64,000 nt of DNA from an uncultured Planctomycetota bacterium. GTDB lineage: Bacteria; Planctomycetota; Planctomycetia; Gemmatales; Gemmataceae. The stretch covers positions 352,001 through 416,000 of the forward strand of contig CAWKHF010000001.1 in NCBI GenBank assembly GCA_963849325.1, given 5' to 3'. The notes below the pieces were generated by a model, which was given only the letters and a program-made list of their open reading frames with translations, was not told the DNA's origin and did no database searches. The number at the start of each line of letters is the position of its first letter. Positions within the stretch are counted from its first letter, which is position 1. The position numbers and the translations under genes were made by a program. Below are positions 19,739 through 31,266 of this stretch, one piece after another.

Positions 19739-20744
19739 ATGAAAATCGACCTGCACACGCACATCCTGCCGCGGACCTGGCCCGACCTTCGTCAGCGTTA
19801 CGGCTGCGGCGGTTTCGTGCGGCTGGAGCACCACTGCCCCGGCTGCGCTCGCATGATGATCGACGATCGGCTGTTCCGCGAAATCGAGGACAACTGCTGG
19901 GACGCACGGCGACGGCTGGACGACTGCGACCGCCACGGCGTCACGGCGCAGGTGCTCTCGACGGTGCCGGTCATGTTCTGCTACGGGGCCAAGCCGGAGC
20001 ACACGCACGACTTGGCTCGTCTGCTCAACGACCACATCGCCGAGGTGGTCGGGCATGCACCCCGGCCGTTTCCACGGTCTGGGTACGCTGCCGCTGCAAG
20101 CGCCTGACCTCGCCATCCGCGAGCTGGAGCGCTGCCTCGGCGACCTCGGCCTGCGCGGCGTCGAGATCGGCACGCACGTCAACGACTGGAACCTCGATCA
20201 CCCCGCCCTGTTCCCGGTGCTACAGGCGGCCGAGCGCCTGGGGGCGGCCGTGTTCGTCCACCCCTGGGACATGCTCGGCCGCGAACGCATGAGCCAATAC
20301 TGGCGCCGTGGCTGGTCGGCATGCCGGCCGAGACGTCCTTGGCGATCTGTTCGCTGATCTTCGGCGGCGTGCTGGAACGTCTGCCGCGTCTGCGTCTCGC
20401 CTTCGCTCACGGCGGCGGCGCCTTCCCTGGCACCATCGGCCGCATCGAGCACGGCTTCCACGTGCGGCCCGGACCTGTGCGCCGTCGAGAACGACAAAAG
20501 CCCCCGTAGTTATCTCGGGAAATTCTACCTCGATTCGCTGGTGCATGACGCCGACCTGCTGCGTTACCTGGTCCGCCTGGTCGGGGCCGAGCGGATCGCG
20601 CTGGGCTCCGATTATCCCTTTCCGCTGGGCGAGGACGAGCCGGGCCGGCTGATCGAGTCGCTGACCGACTTGCCCGCCGAGGCGCGGCGACGCATGTTGG
20701 CCGGCACCGCCCTGGAGTTTCTGGGCGTGGAAGCGACGCCGTGA
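19739..20744 (+). CDS. 2-amino-3-carboxymuconate-6-semialdehyde decarboxylase (ACMSD, amidohydrolase; several frameshifts)
   Basis: MKIDLHTHILP, QVLSTVPVMF, GVEIGTHVN, FVHPWDM, MPAETS, FAHGGGAFP, LGSDYPFPLGE across frames. Confidence 0.9.
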
Positions 20745-20755
20745 GGGAAGCCGTC

Positions 20756-22013
20756 ATGATCTTCCAACCGGACGAGTCCTTCGCCCTCGCCCTGGACGCC
20801 GACGACCCGCTGCGTCCCTTCCGCGAGCAGTTCCACATCCCGCGCCGCCCCGACGGCCAACCCGTCCTCTACTTCTGCGGACACTCGCTCGGCTTGCAGC
20901 CGAAGGCGGCGCGGAGGCTGGTCGAGCAGGAGCTGGACGAGTGGGCGCGCCTCGGCGTCGATGCCCATTTTCACGGCCAAAACCCCTGGTACTCCTATCA
21001 CGAAAACTTCCGCGACAGTCGGCGCTCGCCTGGTCGGCGCCCAGCCGGGCGAAGTCGTCTTCATGAACAGCCTGACGGTGAACCTGCATCTGCTGATGAT
21101 GACCTTCTATCGCCCCACCGCGTCGCGTTATCGTATCCTGATCGACGAGCCGGCTTTCCCCTCGGACCTGTACGCCATGCAATCGCAGCTCCGCCATCAC
21201 GGTTTCGAGGCGCGAGACGGGCTGCTGCGGATCGAGGGGCGGAACGAGGACATCGAGGTGGTGCTGGACGAGCGCGGCGACGAAATCGTCGTGGTGCTGT
21301 TGAGCGGCGTGAACTTCCTGACCGGGCAGTATTTCGATATTCCGCGCCTGGCGGCGGCGGCCCATCGGCACGGCTGCCTGTTCGCTCTCGACCTGGCCCA
21401 TGCCGCCGGCAATGTGCTGCTGCACCTGCACGACTGGGACGTCGATTTCGCCGTCTGGTGCGGTTACAAGTATCTCAACGGCGGGCCGGGTTCGGTGGCC
21501 GGCTGTTTCGTCCACGAGAAGCACGGCCGCGACATTACGCTGCCGCGCCTGGCCGGCTGGTGGGGCAACGATCCGACCACGCGCTTCCGGATGCGGACGC
21601 AGACCGATTTCGTCGCCAAAAGCGGCGCCGACGGCTGGCAGATTAGCAACCCGCCCATCCTGGCGATGGCGCCATTGCTGGCCTCGCTGGCCCTCTTCGA
21701 CGAGGCCGGAATGCCGGCACTGCGGGCCAAGTCCGAGCGCCTGACGGGGTATCTGTATTATCTGCTGGAACGTCTGCCGAGCGGGCATTTCGAGATCATC
21801 ACGCCGGCCGATCCCGTCCGGCGCGGCTGCCAACTCTCGCTGCTTGTCCACGATCGGCCGCACGAATTGCCGAAGATGCTGCAAGCCGAGGACGTGGTCT
21901 GCGATTTCCGCGAGCCGAACGTCCTGCGCGTCGCGCCCGTGCCGCTGTATAATACCTTCGCGGAAGTGTGGACCTTTGCTCGCATTCTCGAACGATTCCT
22001 GACTTGTTGTTAG
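20756..22013 (+). CDS. kynU: Kynureninase (frameshift near 21015)
   Basis: YFCGHSLGLQP, MNSLTVNLHL, DLAHAAGN, WCGYKYLNGGPG, AGWWG, WQISNPP, RVAPVPLYN. Confidence 0.95.
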
Positions 22014-22046
22014 CCCCGTGCGGCGGGGATCCAGGGTGCGGCTCCC

Positions 22047-22463
22047 TTAACGCGGGACATAGATCCGAGGCTGATCGCGGTATTCCTCCTGGGCGATGCC
22101 GAACAACAGTTCCGCAACGTCGATCGCCACTCGTTTCGCATACCTCGCGCTGTGCTCGAACCTTCCTTTGTTCGCAAGCGTCAGGATGGGAAGGTGGCCC
22201 ATCCGCCAGGAATCCGCGAGGGTCGCCTGAAGGGAGTTTTCGTCCTCATCATTTCGATTCTCGGTGAACAGCACCCATCCGTCCTGTTGGCAGCGATTCC
22301 AAAGAGAGCGGTCATCGAGATCGCGTGGAAGTTGGAGATCGGGGAACGTCGCGAAGGCGAGAGGGATTTCCGCGAGAACGGTCCACAAGTCGAGCGTTTC
22401 GAGCAGTTGGCGAAGGTACGGCAAATGACCCTGGACATTCACGTCGCCTAACAATCCGCGCAT
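22047..22463 (-). CDS. DUF5615-like PIN-domain toxin
   Basis: MRGLLGDVNVQG...DDRSLWNRCQQDGWVLFTENRN; immediately downstream of a DUF433 gene. Confidence 0.75.
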   Translation of the reverse strand: MRGLLGDVNVQGHLPYLRQLLETLDLWTVLAEIPLAFATFPDLQLPRDLDDRSLWNRCQQDGWVLFTENRNDEDENSLQATLADSWRMGHLPILTLANKGRFEHSARYAKRVAIDVAELLFGIAQEEYRDQPRIYVPR

Positions 22464-22464
22464 G

Positions 22465-22905
22465 TCACGTGCCTTTCTCCGGCATCGACTCTCGTTGGGC
22501 AAGCCATTCGCGGAAGGTTGGCAGTCGCTCGGAACCGTTTTCTCCGCTTGCCGATACGGACTCCTCCGCGTTTTCCCGCGTCTGGGCCTGCCGGCGCTTG
22601 GCCAGCCAGTCCTTGAAACGCAGGAAAGCGGCGTGGGTCTGTTCGGCGTGCTCGATCACTTCCGGAGGATTGCCGGCGGCCATCCGCGCCTCGATGTCCA
22701 GATAGCGGGCCAAAACGGTATCCGGGTTATTCAGCACGTAGGCTCGGGCTGCCGCCAGCTGCTCGGGCGTCAGCTCGTACATCCGACAAAGGGAGGCCTC
22801 GGTTGCGGTCGCATCCAGGAAGTGCGGCAGCAAGTTGTACACGGTAATCCGGGTTCCGACAATTTCCGGACCCCGGCCCCGGTCATGGATCAGCTCGTTT
22901 GTCAT
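22465..22905 (-). CDS. DUF433 antitoxin
   Basis: GRGPEIVGTRITVYNLL...YELTPEQLAAARAY. Confidence 0.8.
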   Translation of the reverse strand: MTNELIHDRGRGPEIVGTRITVYNLLPHFLDATATEASLCRMYELTPEQLAAARAYVLNNPDTVLARYLDIEARMAAGNPPEVIEHAEQTHAAFLRFKDWLAKRRQAQTRENAEESVSASGENGSERLPTFREWLAQRESMPEKGT

Positions 22906-23031
22906 TTTCAGCCTCCCCTTGGGGTTGTATCTCCGTTTCTCCATTCTACACGCCGCGCCGCCCCGCAGCTCATAAGATGGCGGAGTGTTCGTGGCGTTGC
23001 TTCATCCCCTTTCGTCCACGGGAGTGGCGTC

Positions 23032-23366
23032 ATGCGAATCGATCAACTGATCTTCGTGGGCCTGCGAGGCTACGTGATCGCCCTGGAGCGCGACTCGGGG
23101 CAGATCGTGTGGGACAATTCGGAACTCGCTTCGGGTTATACGTCCCTGCTGCTCGACGGCGATCGCCTGATCGTCTCGACCAACGGTTACATCTATTGCC
23201 TGGACCCGCTGACGGGGCAGGTGCTGTGGAACAACCCGCTGCGCGGCTACGGCGTCGGTATCGCCGACCTGGCGTCGGTGCGCGGCCAGAGCGCCAGACG
23301 ACGATTCGGCAGACGGCCGCGGCCGAGGAGGCTGCCCGCAGCCAGTCGCATTACCACGGTTCTTGA
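23032..23366 (+). CDS. Small PQQ-like beta-propeller repeat protein (probable frameshift near 23295)
   Basis: GYVIALERDSGQIVW, GYIYCLDPLTGQVLW. Confidence 0.7.
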
Positions 23367-23381
23367 GAGAGACGTAAGACG

Positions 23382-24693
23382 GTGAACGAACCTCTTGGCA
23401 TCGCCTTGATCGGCTGCGGCACGGTGGGCGGCGGCGTGGCCCGGCTGCTGCTGGAACAACCCGACCGCCTGGCCGCCCGCGCCGGCCGGCCGCTCGTGCT
23501 GCGCCGCGTCGTCGTCCGCGATCCCATCCAAGCCACGCCCGGCCGGACTGCCGCGCGAGCTGGTCACGACCGACTTGCAACCCGTGCTGCGCGATCCCGG
23601 CGTCCACGTCGGCGTCGAGCTGGTCGGCGGCGTCGACTGGGCCAAGGCAGGCCGTGCTGGCGCTGCTGGCGGCGGGCAAGGACGTGGTGACGGCCAACAA
23701 GGCGCTGCTGGCCCAGCACGGCGCCGAGGTCTTCGACGCCGCCCGCGCGTCACGGCCGGGCCGTCGCCTTCGAGGCCAGCGTCGCCGGCGGCGTGCCGAT
23801 CATCGCCGCCCTGGCCCAGTGCCTGGCCGCCAACCAGATCCTGTCGCTGCAAGGCATCCTCAACGGCACCTGCAACTTCATCCTGACGCGCATGACCGAG
23901 AAGGGCCAGGGCTACGCCGAGGCGCTGGCCGAGGCCCAGCGGCGCGGCTACGCCGAGGCCGACCCGACCCTCGACGTCGACGGCACCGACGCCGCCCACA
24001 AGCTGGCCATCCTGGCGCAGATCGCCTTCGGCGTGGCGGTGCCGTGTCAGCGCCATCGAGCGCCGCGGCATCGCCGACATCGACGCCCTCGACATCCGCT
24101 TCGCCCGCGAGCTGGGCTACACCATCAAGCTGCTGGCCGAGGCGTGGTTCGCACGACGCATCAGCTGGCGCTGCACGTCGCGCCGGTGCTGCTGCGCCGG
24201 CACGACGCCGCTGGCCCAGGTGCGCGGCGCCTACAACGCCATCTACGTCGTCGGCGACGCCGTCGGCGACGCCCTGTTCTACGGCCAGGGCGCCGGCCAG
24301 ATGCCGACCGCCAGCGCCGTCGTCGCCGACCTGATCGACCTGGCCGTGGGCCGGGCACAGCGGACTTTCACGACCTTGCGGCTCTGGTCCGGCCAGCGAA
24401 CGGCATCCAGCTGCAATCGTCCGCCACGGTGCGCAGCCGCTTCTACCTGCGCCTGCTGGTCGAGGACCGGCCCGGCGTGCTGGCCGACGTGACGCGCGTG
24501 CTGGCCGACCACCACATCAGCATCGCCTCGGTGATCCAGCACGAAGCGCCGGAGGACCACGAGGGCGGCCGAGTCCACCTGGTCATCATGACGCACACGG
24601 CCCTGACCGGCGACTTCCGCGCCGCCGTCGCCGCAGCTGGATCGTCTCGGCCGCGTGGCGCCGCCGAGCGTGTACTATCCCGTTGGCGATTGA
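23382..24693 (+). CDS. hom: Homoserine dehydrogenase with C-terminal ACT domain (multiple frameshifts)
   Basis: IALIGCGTVGGG, VVTANKALLA, GILNGTCNFIL, GYAEADPTLDVDG, YGQGAGQMPTASAV, DRPGVLA across frames. Confidence 0.93.
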
Positions 24694-24710
24694 TCCGCGT
24701 AACGTTTTCG

Positions 24711-24772
24711 TCCGAGCCCGAAGCGTAAGCGAGGGTTGGCTTTCTTTCCCTCGCTTACGCTTCAGGCTCGGA
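24711..24772. repeat. Palindromic repeat family A
   Basis: TCCGAGCCCGAAGCGTAAGCGAGGG...CCCTCGCTTACGCTTCAGGCTCGGA. Confidence 0.85.
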
Positions 24773-24784
24773 TGGGGTTTTTCC

Positions 24785-26524
24785 ATGAAAGCGCTATCGC
24801 TGGGCGCGCGGAGGAACGTCAACGCCTTCTTCGGCCTGATGCTCAACAACGTCACCGTGATGGTGCTGCTGTTGGGCCTGGTCAGCAGCACGACGCCGCT
24901 GGAGCAGCAGGAGAAGGACAGGCAAGTTCGGTTCACGCCCGGCTTCGTGCTGACGCGCATGGTCCCCGGCACCGCCCTGGGCGTGCTGCTGGGCGATTTG
25001 GTGTACACGTGGATGGCCTGGCGGCTGGCTCGCCGCACGGGCCGCGACGACGTGACGGCGATGCCGCTGGGCCTGGACACGCCCAGCACGTTCGGTATCG
25101 CCTTCCTGGTGCTGCTGCCGGCGCTGAACGAGGGCTATTTCCAGGTCGGCGGCCGCGATCACGAACGGGCGATGGCCTTCGCCTGGCACGTCGGCCTGGT
25201 GGTCCTGGTGCTGACCGGCGTGTTCAAGATCGTCTGCGCTCCGTTGGGCAACGCGGTGCGGCGATTGGTGCCGCGCGCGGGACTGCTCGGTTCGCTGGCG
25301 GCGATCGCCCTGGTCCTGATCGCCTTCCTGCCGTTGGCACAGGACGGCATCGCGGCCGTGCCGCTGGTCGGCATGACGGCACTGGCCCTGATCCTGTGGA
25401 CGCTGGTGGCGCATCGGGCCCTACCCGGCCGTTTCCCCGGCGCGTTGGCCGCCGTGCTGCTGGGCGTGTTCGTCTACCAGGCATGTCGATTTTTGGGATC
25501 GGCCGGCGGAGTGGCCCTCGTGCCGCCGCCGGAGCAGGAGACTTCCGCCGTCGTCTGGCAGCCGGCGGCGCTGGTGTCCTTTTACGGCGAACCCTCGTGG
25601 GCCTGGTGGGAGCGCGTCTTCGTCTACGCCCTGGGCAAGCTGCCGGTGGTGCTGCCGTTCGCCCTGGCCACCATCGTCGGCGGCATCGACTGCACCGAGA
25701 GCGCCGCCGCCGCCGGCGACGACTTCGACACTCGCGTCGTCCTGCTGACCGAGGGCGTCGCGTCGCTGCTGGCCGGCCTGCTCGGCGGCGTCATCCAGAC
25801 GACGCCGTACATCGGCCACCCCGCCTACAAGAAGATGGGCGGCCGAGCGGCGTACACCCTGGCGACCGCCCTGTTCGTCGGCGGCGTCGGCTACTTCGGC
25901 GGCTTCCATCTGCTGTTCGAGTGGCTGCCGCGTCCGGCCCTGTTTCCGATCCTCGTGTTCGTCGGCCTGGAGATCACGGCCCAATCGTTCGCCGCCACGC
26001 CTCCGCGGCACTATCCGGCCCTGGCCCTGGCGATGCTGCCGGCGCTGGCGTACTTGCTCACCATTCCCCTCGGCATGGCGCTGGGCCTGCGCGATCCCGA
26101 CCCACAAGCGCGGCTGCTGGTGCAGACGTTGCGCTGCCTGGCGGGCGGCTTTATTATCACGAGTTTGCTCTGGGCGGCGGCGCTGGCCATGCTGATCGAC
26201 GGCCGGCTTTTGCGGGCGGCCTTCTATTTCGCGCTGGCCGGTGTGTTCGCCCTTTTCGGCGTCATCCATTCGCCGCTGCGCAGCGAGCGCATCGACCTGC
26301 CGGCGCGCGTGCTGGGCGATGTACCCGAGGTGTTTCGGGAGGCGGTTTGCTACCAGACGCCGTATCACTGGGCCGGCGCATACGCTCTTGTCGTGCTGAT
26401 GTTGCTACTGCTGGCGCTGGCGCCCGGCAATCCAAGAGCGAACGAAGGAGAGCACCAACGCGAAGAGGCCAAGGAAAAGGAGCGACGTGCCTTGCCCATT
26501 CCACGCCCGATACGGAACGATTGA
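24785..26524 (+). CDS. NCS2/AzgA-like nucleobase permease
   Basis: Polytopic; NAFFGL, TAMPLGLDTP, ESAAAAGDDF, TTPYIGHPAYKKMGGRAAY. Confidence 0.82.
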   Translation: MKALSLGARRNVNAFFGLMLNNVTVMVLLLGLVSSTTPLEQQEKDRQVRFTPGFVLTRMVPGTALGVLLGDLVYTWMAWRLARRTGRDDVTAMPLGLDTPSTFGIAFLVLLPALNEGYFQVGGRDHERAMAFAWHVGLVVLVLTGVFKIVCAPLGNAVRRLVPRAGLLGSLAAIALVLIAFLPLAQDGIAAVPLVGMTALALILWTLVAHRALPGRFPGALAAVLLGVFVYQACRFLGSAGGVALVPPPEQETSAVVWQPAALVSFYGEPSWAWWERVFVYALGKLPVVLPFALATIVGGIDCTESAAAAGDDFDTRVVLLTEGVASLLAGLLGGVIQTTPYIGHPAYKKMGGRAAYTLATALFVGGVGYFGGFHLLFEWLPRPALFPILVFVGLEITAQSFAATPPRHYPALALAMLPALAYLLTIPLGMALGLRDPDPQARLLVQTLRCLAGGFIITSLLWAAALAMLIDGRLLRAAFYFALAGVFALFGVIHSPLRSERIDLPARVLGDVPEVFREAVCYQTPYHWAGAYALVVLMLLLLALAPGNPRANEGEHQREEAKEKERRALPIPRPIRND

Positions 26525-26606
26525 TGTTCGCACCTTCGCTGTGGAAAGCGGGCAAGTCAGCCGTTACTCTTGAAAGGAGGGAAGAGTATCTTTCGAGGCT
26601 TCCTCA

Positions 26607-29166
26607 ATGTATCCGCGTCATGCCTTCTCGATCGTCATCGCTGCCTTCGCCTTCCTGGCGGGACAATCCTCCTGTGCCGAGCCGCACGCGGCCAGGGATG
26701 GGAAGTCTCCAGCGAAAGACCAGCCTGCCCGCGTCGATCACTACGGCGATCCCCTGCCCAAGGGGGCTCGCTTTCGCCTGGGCACCGTGCGCCTGCGGCA
26801 CGATGGCGACGTGATGGCTCTGGCCTGGCTACCCGATGGCCGCACCCTGGCGTCGGCGAGTTGGGATCGCACCGTTCGCCTGTGGCAAATCCCCAGCGGC
26901 AAGCAACTCGCTCAATGGGACAACCGGGAAGGCGTCGTCTTTTCGCCGGATGGCCGAAGCCTAGCTTGCGGCGACGGAAACCCCTTCGGAGAGGAGGAGG
27001 AAGTGATCCGCATCGTCAATGTCGCCACCGGCAAGGAGCGCCGCCGCCTTCCTGTGCGAAAAACCGGCGGAGCCCTCTCCAACGTCAGCGCCCGGCTACC
27101 ATTTAGCTTTTTATTCCCCCAATGGAAAGATCCTCGCCGTCCGCGAAGGAGGATCAGGATCAGGGGTCCAGCTGTATGCCGTGGACAGCGGCAAAGAGCT
27201 CGGTCATCTGAATGCAACAGCGGCCGGCTTTGGGCGTCCCGTAGTGTTCACGCCGGATAGCCGTGCTGTACTCGTGGCGACCGATGAAGGAGTCCTCCAC
27301 TGGACGATTGGTACGGGCGCAAAAAGAAAGTCTTGGAGGACATGCAAGGACAGAAAAAGGTGTTTTCCCTCGCTTTCTCCCCTGATAGCAAGATGCTGGC
27401 GGCCGTTGTCAACGACGACAGCATCACTCTACGAAGTTGGCCTGCGGGCAAGGAATTACGCCGACTCCCAATACGGAATGATGGGTTGGCGACTTTACAT
27501 TGACGGGAACGTTTTAACGTTCTCGCCCGATGGACAGCTACTGGCCTTAAGCGAAAGAGGAACCATCCGCCTGTGGAACCCGGCCACCGGCGAGTCGGTG
27601 CGTCAATTCGAGGCACACCGGGACGATATTTGGGCACTCGCCTTTTCTCCGGATGGTTCCCTGCTCGCTTCCGCCGGCAGAGATAATGCGGTGACTGTGT
27701 GGGAGGTGCGGCCGGGAAAATCGCCACGCCCACTGACAGGCGTAGGGCACTGGCTGGACCTCCTCGGTTTGGCCGCCGACGGTCAAACGCTGCTGACTCG
27801 CTCTGCGGAAGGTTCCTTGAACGTGTGGGATGTTCGCGATGGCCGCCGCCTGCGCACCCTGGCGAACGGAGAAGACCGCATCGAACGGTTCCTCTTCGGT
27901 CCTGATACCGGCCGGACCCTGGCGTTGCTGTGGCAGGACGTGCAGAGAGGCCGGGATCGTCCAGCGTTTTCCAGAGAGAGAATCTGCTGCTCCGCCTTCG
28001 CACCCGACAACGCCTTGTTGGCCATTGGCAGCGTCGAGGATGGCAGCATCCTCCTCTTACGCAAGACGGACGAAGGCATCGAGCACTGCCGCCTGGAGGA
28101 TAGCGCCCCCGTCCAAGAGGCGAAGAAGCGTAGACTCACCATCTCGGTGGATAAGCTAACCTTCTCTCCCGATGGCCGAACGCTGGCAGCCACGTACAGC
28201 GACGGCCGCCTGATCCTGTGGGAGTCGCGCACAGGTCGGCCGCGCCATATCCTCTCCTTACCCAGACATGGCAATCCCTATCGGTGTTTGGAGTTCTCTC
28301 CCGATGGCCGTCTGCTGGCCCTGTCGAACCGGAACGCTCTCTATCTGGTTGAGTCGGCCAGCGGACAACGATTCAAGGAATGGCCCCTCGGTTCGGATTG
28401 GATCGATTCCGTGGTTTTTGCTCCCGACAACCGCACTCTTGCCGCCGGCGACACAGGCCCTCTTGCAACCATCCGCCTGTGGGATTTGCCCACGGAAAAG
28501 TCAATCCACGTCCTGCGCGGCCATCGGGATAGTGTCCGCACCCTGGCCTTTTCGCCGGACGGCACCTCGCTTCTTTCGGGTAGCGATGACCGCACCGTTC
28601 TTTGCTGGGATGTCGCCGCCGTGATGCGCCGCCGCGTGCCGAGCAAGAAACTTTCCGCCGACCAATGCACCGACCTCTGGACCGACCTGGCGTCCAAGGA
28701 TGCCTCGCGCGCTCAGCGAGCCGTCGCCACGTTCATTCAGCCTGCCGATTCCACGCTGCCGTTTCTCGACAAGCAATTGCCTCCCGTGTCCGCGGCGCAA
28801 ATGAGCCGTGTCAAGGCGCTGATCGCCGATCTGGACCACGAGGAATTCACGCGACGGGAAAAGGCTTCGCGCGAGCTGGAGAAGATCGCCGAGGTAGCTG
28901 CTCCGGCGTTGCGTCAGGCGGTCCAGGAAAATCCCTCCCTGGAGATGCGCGAGCGCATCGAGGCCATCCTCGCCGCGCTGGATGAACGGCCGCTCTCTCC
29001 CGAGCGCCTACGCACCATCCGCGCCTTGCAGGTGTTGGAGACTATCGGCACGCCGCAGGCACAGCGAATCCTCGAAGGCTTGGCCCACGGCGCAGCCGAG
29101 GCTTGGCTGACGCACGAAGCGAAGGCGTCACTGCAACGCCTGGTCCGACGCTATGCCCAACCGTAG
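26607..29166 (+). CDS. Secreted WD40-repeat protein with C-terminal helical domain (frameshifts about 27050-27450)
   Basis: Signal peptide; DHYGDPLPKGARFRLG; many AFSPDG..LAS...WD repeats; C-terminal LIADLDHEEFTRREKA...RALQVLETIG. Confidence 0.85.
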
Positions 29167-29204
29167 GAGCAAAGCTCCACGATGCGGATTCGCGGTCCCA
29201 TGCG

Positions 29205-30536
29205 TCAATCCCGCGCTTTCTTCCGCTGTTCTTCGACGAGGGTGCGGAGCGCGCGTACCTCGCTTTCCAACTGCTGGACGCGGCGTTCGAGAACGGGATC
29301 GACGGGGATGGGTCTCGTGACCGAGACCGCAGGATTTTGGATGATTTTCGCCAGGTGCTTTTGAATCGCGGCCTCGGCCTCTTCGAGGCTCAGACCCTTG
29401 ATGGCCACGCGGCCATAGACGGGACCAAGGGCAACCTTGCCGCTGGCCTCAACCTGGAAGACGCCCTGGATGGGCCTGGCTGGCAGGAGGTCCGCGCGCG
29501 GATGTCGAGAAGATCTCCAGGCCGGATGATGTCGTCCTTGTCGAGAGCGGCCGGCGCAGACGGCTTTCGCGCCGGCGTGGACGGCGCTGGCTTGTTGCGC
29601 TCGGCCGTTTCCGGATTCCCCTTGTCCTTCTTCGGCTCGGCCGCTTGCGCCACGGCCTCCGGCTCAGCCGCTCGGGTTCGATAGGCGAATACGCTCGCCG
29701 TTCCGCCGGCGCCGAGGAGGGCCGTCAGAAACAGCACGACCACGACGAGCTTGAGTTTGGTCAGGAACATGCTTCGCAACACTCCTTCCGCCAAAGCGGC
29801 GACAGGGGCCGAGAGAGCACCCGTCGTGACCGCTGGACCCGCCGCGATCCCCATCGCGGCCTTGAGAGTGGACAACACGAGAGGCGCCGGCACAAACGCC
29901 GTCGCCACGGAAAACCCGGCTGTCAACGTAGCCACCGGCAGGGCCAAACCCTGCCGGAGCAGCCGCCTGGCCAGCAGGGCTCGGCCGCGCGCCAGCCGAC
30001 CCGCCACGGTCCCTTCGGGCCAGCCCAGTCGCTCCGCCGCCTCGCGGCGCGTCCGTCCTTCCAGTTCGCACAACACGATCGGCAGCCGATATTTCTCCGG
30101 CAGACGACTTAAGGCCTCGTCCAGCAGCGACAACCGATCGTCGTCCACTTCCTCTCCTGGCGCTTCCGATCGCGCCATCGCCTTCTCGTGGTGTCGGCGG
30201 CGTGCGGCGGTTCGCCTGGCGTTCAGCGCGGTGCGCCGGGCCACGCCGTGCAGCCAATCGCCCAGCACGGCGCGCGAGGTCAACGAAGCGGCCTTGCGCA
30301 CGAGAACGATGAACGTGGCCTGGAAGGCATCCTCGGCGTCGTGGGTATCGCGCAGCAGACGACGACAGACGCCCAGCACCATCGGCCCGTGCCGCCGCAC
30401 CAGTGCCGCGAACGCCGCCTCGTCCCGCCGGGCGAGGAATTGTCCGAGCAGCTGGCCGTCGGTTTGGCCCTCGGCGCCGTGCGTGCGCCGCCCGCAGCAA
30501 CTCCTCGATTTCCACACGGGCGCGATGGCTCGCCAC
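29205..30536 (-). CDS. ECF sigma factor with TM segment and C-terminal polysaccharide-export-like domain (frameshifts near 30480 and 29480)
   Basis: GGAGG then GTG start; TDGQLL..F...DEAAFAALVRRHGPMV, DAEDAFQATF, GTVAGRLARGR; MFLTKLK TM; IRPGDLLDI...GKVALGPVYGRVAIKGLSLEEAEAAI. Confidence 0.82.
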
Positions 30537-30658
30537 CTGTTCCTCCGCTTGTCTCTTGGCTCGATCCGCCCTCCTGTTATAGTGGCGCGAGGGGGCGGGA
30601 TTTGATACGAAATTTTTCGTGAATGGTGGAAAGGCTCTCTTTTGTGCGAGAAACAACC

Positions 30659-31183
30659 ATGCTTTCCGATCCTCGTTTCGCCGTCCTCGAAGGCGACATC
30701 ACTCGGCAACAGGTCGATGCCATCGTCAACGCGGCCAACACGTCGCTCCTTGGCGGTGGCGGCGTCGATGGCGCCATTCACCGCGCCGCCGGGCCGGAGC
30801 TGCTGGCGGAATGCCGCACTCTCCACGGCTGCGACACCGGCGCGGCCAAGATCACGCGCGGCTATCGACTGCCGGCCCCGCACGTCCTGCACACCGTCGG
30901 ACCCGTCTGGGACGGCGGCCAGCGCGGCGAGGAGGACTTGCTGGCGCAGTGCTATCGGAGCTGTTTTCGCCTGATGACGGAGCACGGCCTGCGTTCGATC
31001 GCCTTCCCCGCCATCAGCTGCGGCGCCTACGGCTTCCCCCTCGACCGCGCCGCCGCCATCGCCGTGGACGAGATCCAACGCTTCCTGGAGGACAACAAAG
31101 AAGTGGAGCGCGTCGTCGTCGTCTGCTACAACCGAGAGGTGTACGAGGCGTATCAAGCGCTTTGGCAACGACCTCCCGTTTAG
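30659..31183 (+). CDS. Macro domain O-acetyl-ADP-ribose deacetylase (YmdB-like)
   Basis: [46 protein letters not shown]. Confidence 0.93.
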   Translation: MLSDPRFAVLEGDITRQQVDAIVNAANTSLLGGGGVDGAIHRAAGPELLAECRTLHGCDTGAAKITRGYRLPAPHVLHTVGPVWDGGQRGEEDLLAQCYRSCFRLMTEHGLRSIAFPAISCGAYGFPLDRAAAIAVDEIQRFLEDNKEVERVVVVCYNREVYEAYQALWQRPPV

Positions 31184-31230
31184 CCGCGACGCGCAGCGGA
31201 GCGCGCTTCGCTGCGCGTCGCGGCTAAACG
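31177..31230. repeat. Palindromic repeat family C (supplies the TAG stop of the macro gene)
   Basis: CGTTTAGCCGCGACGCGCAGCG...CGCTGCGCGTCGCGGCTAAACG. Confidence 0.88.
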
Positions 31231-31266
31231 AGGGAGAGGTCCATGAGATTCATTCGGGAGTTCCTC

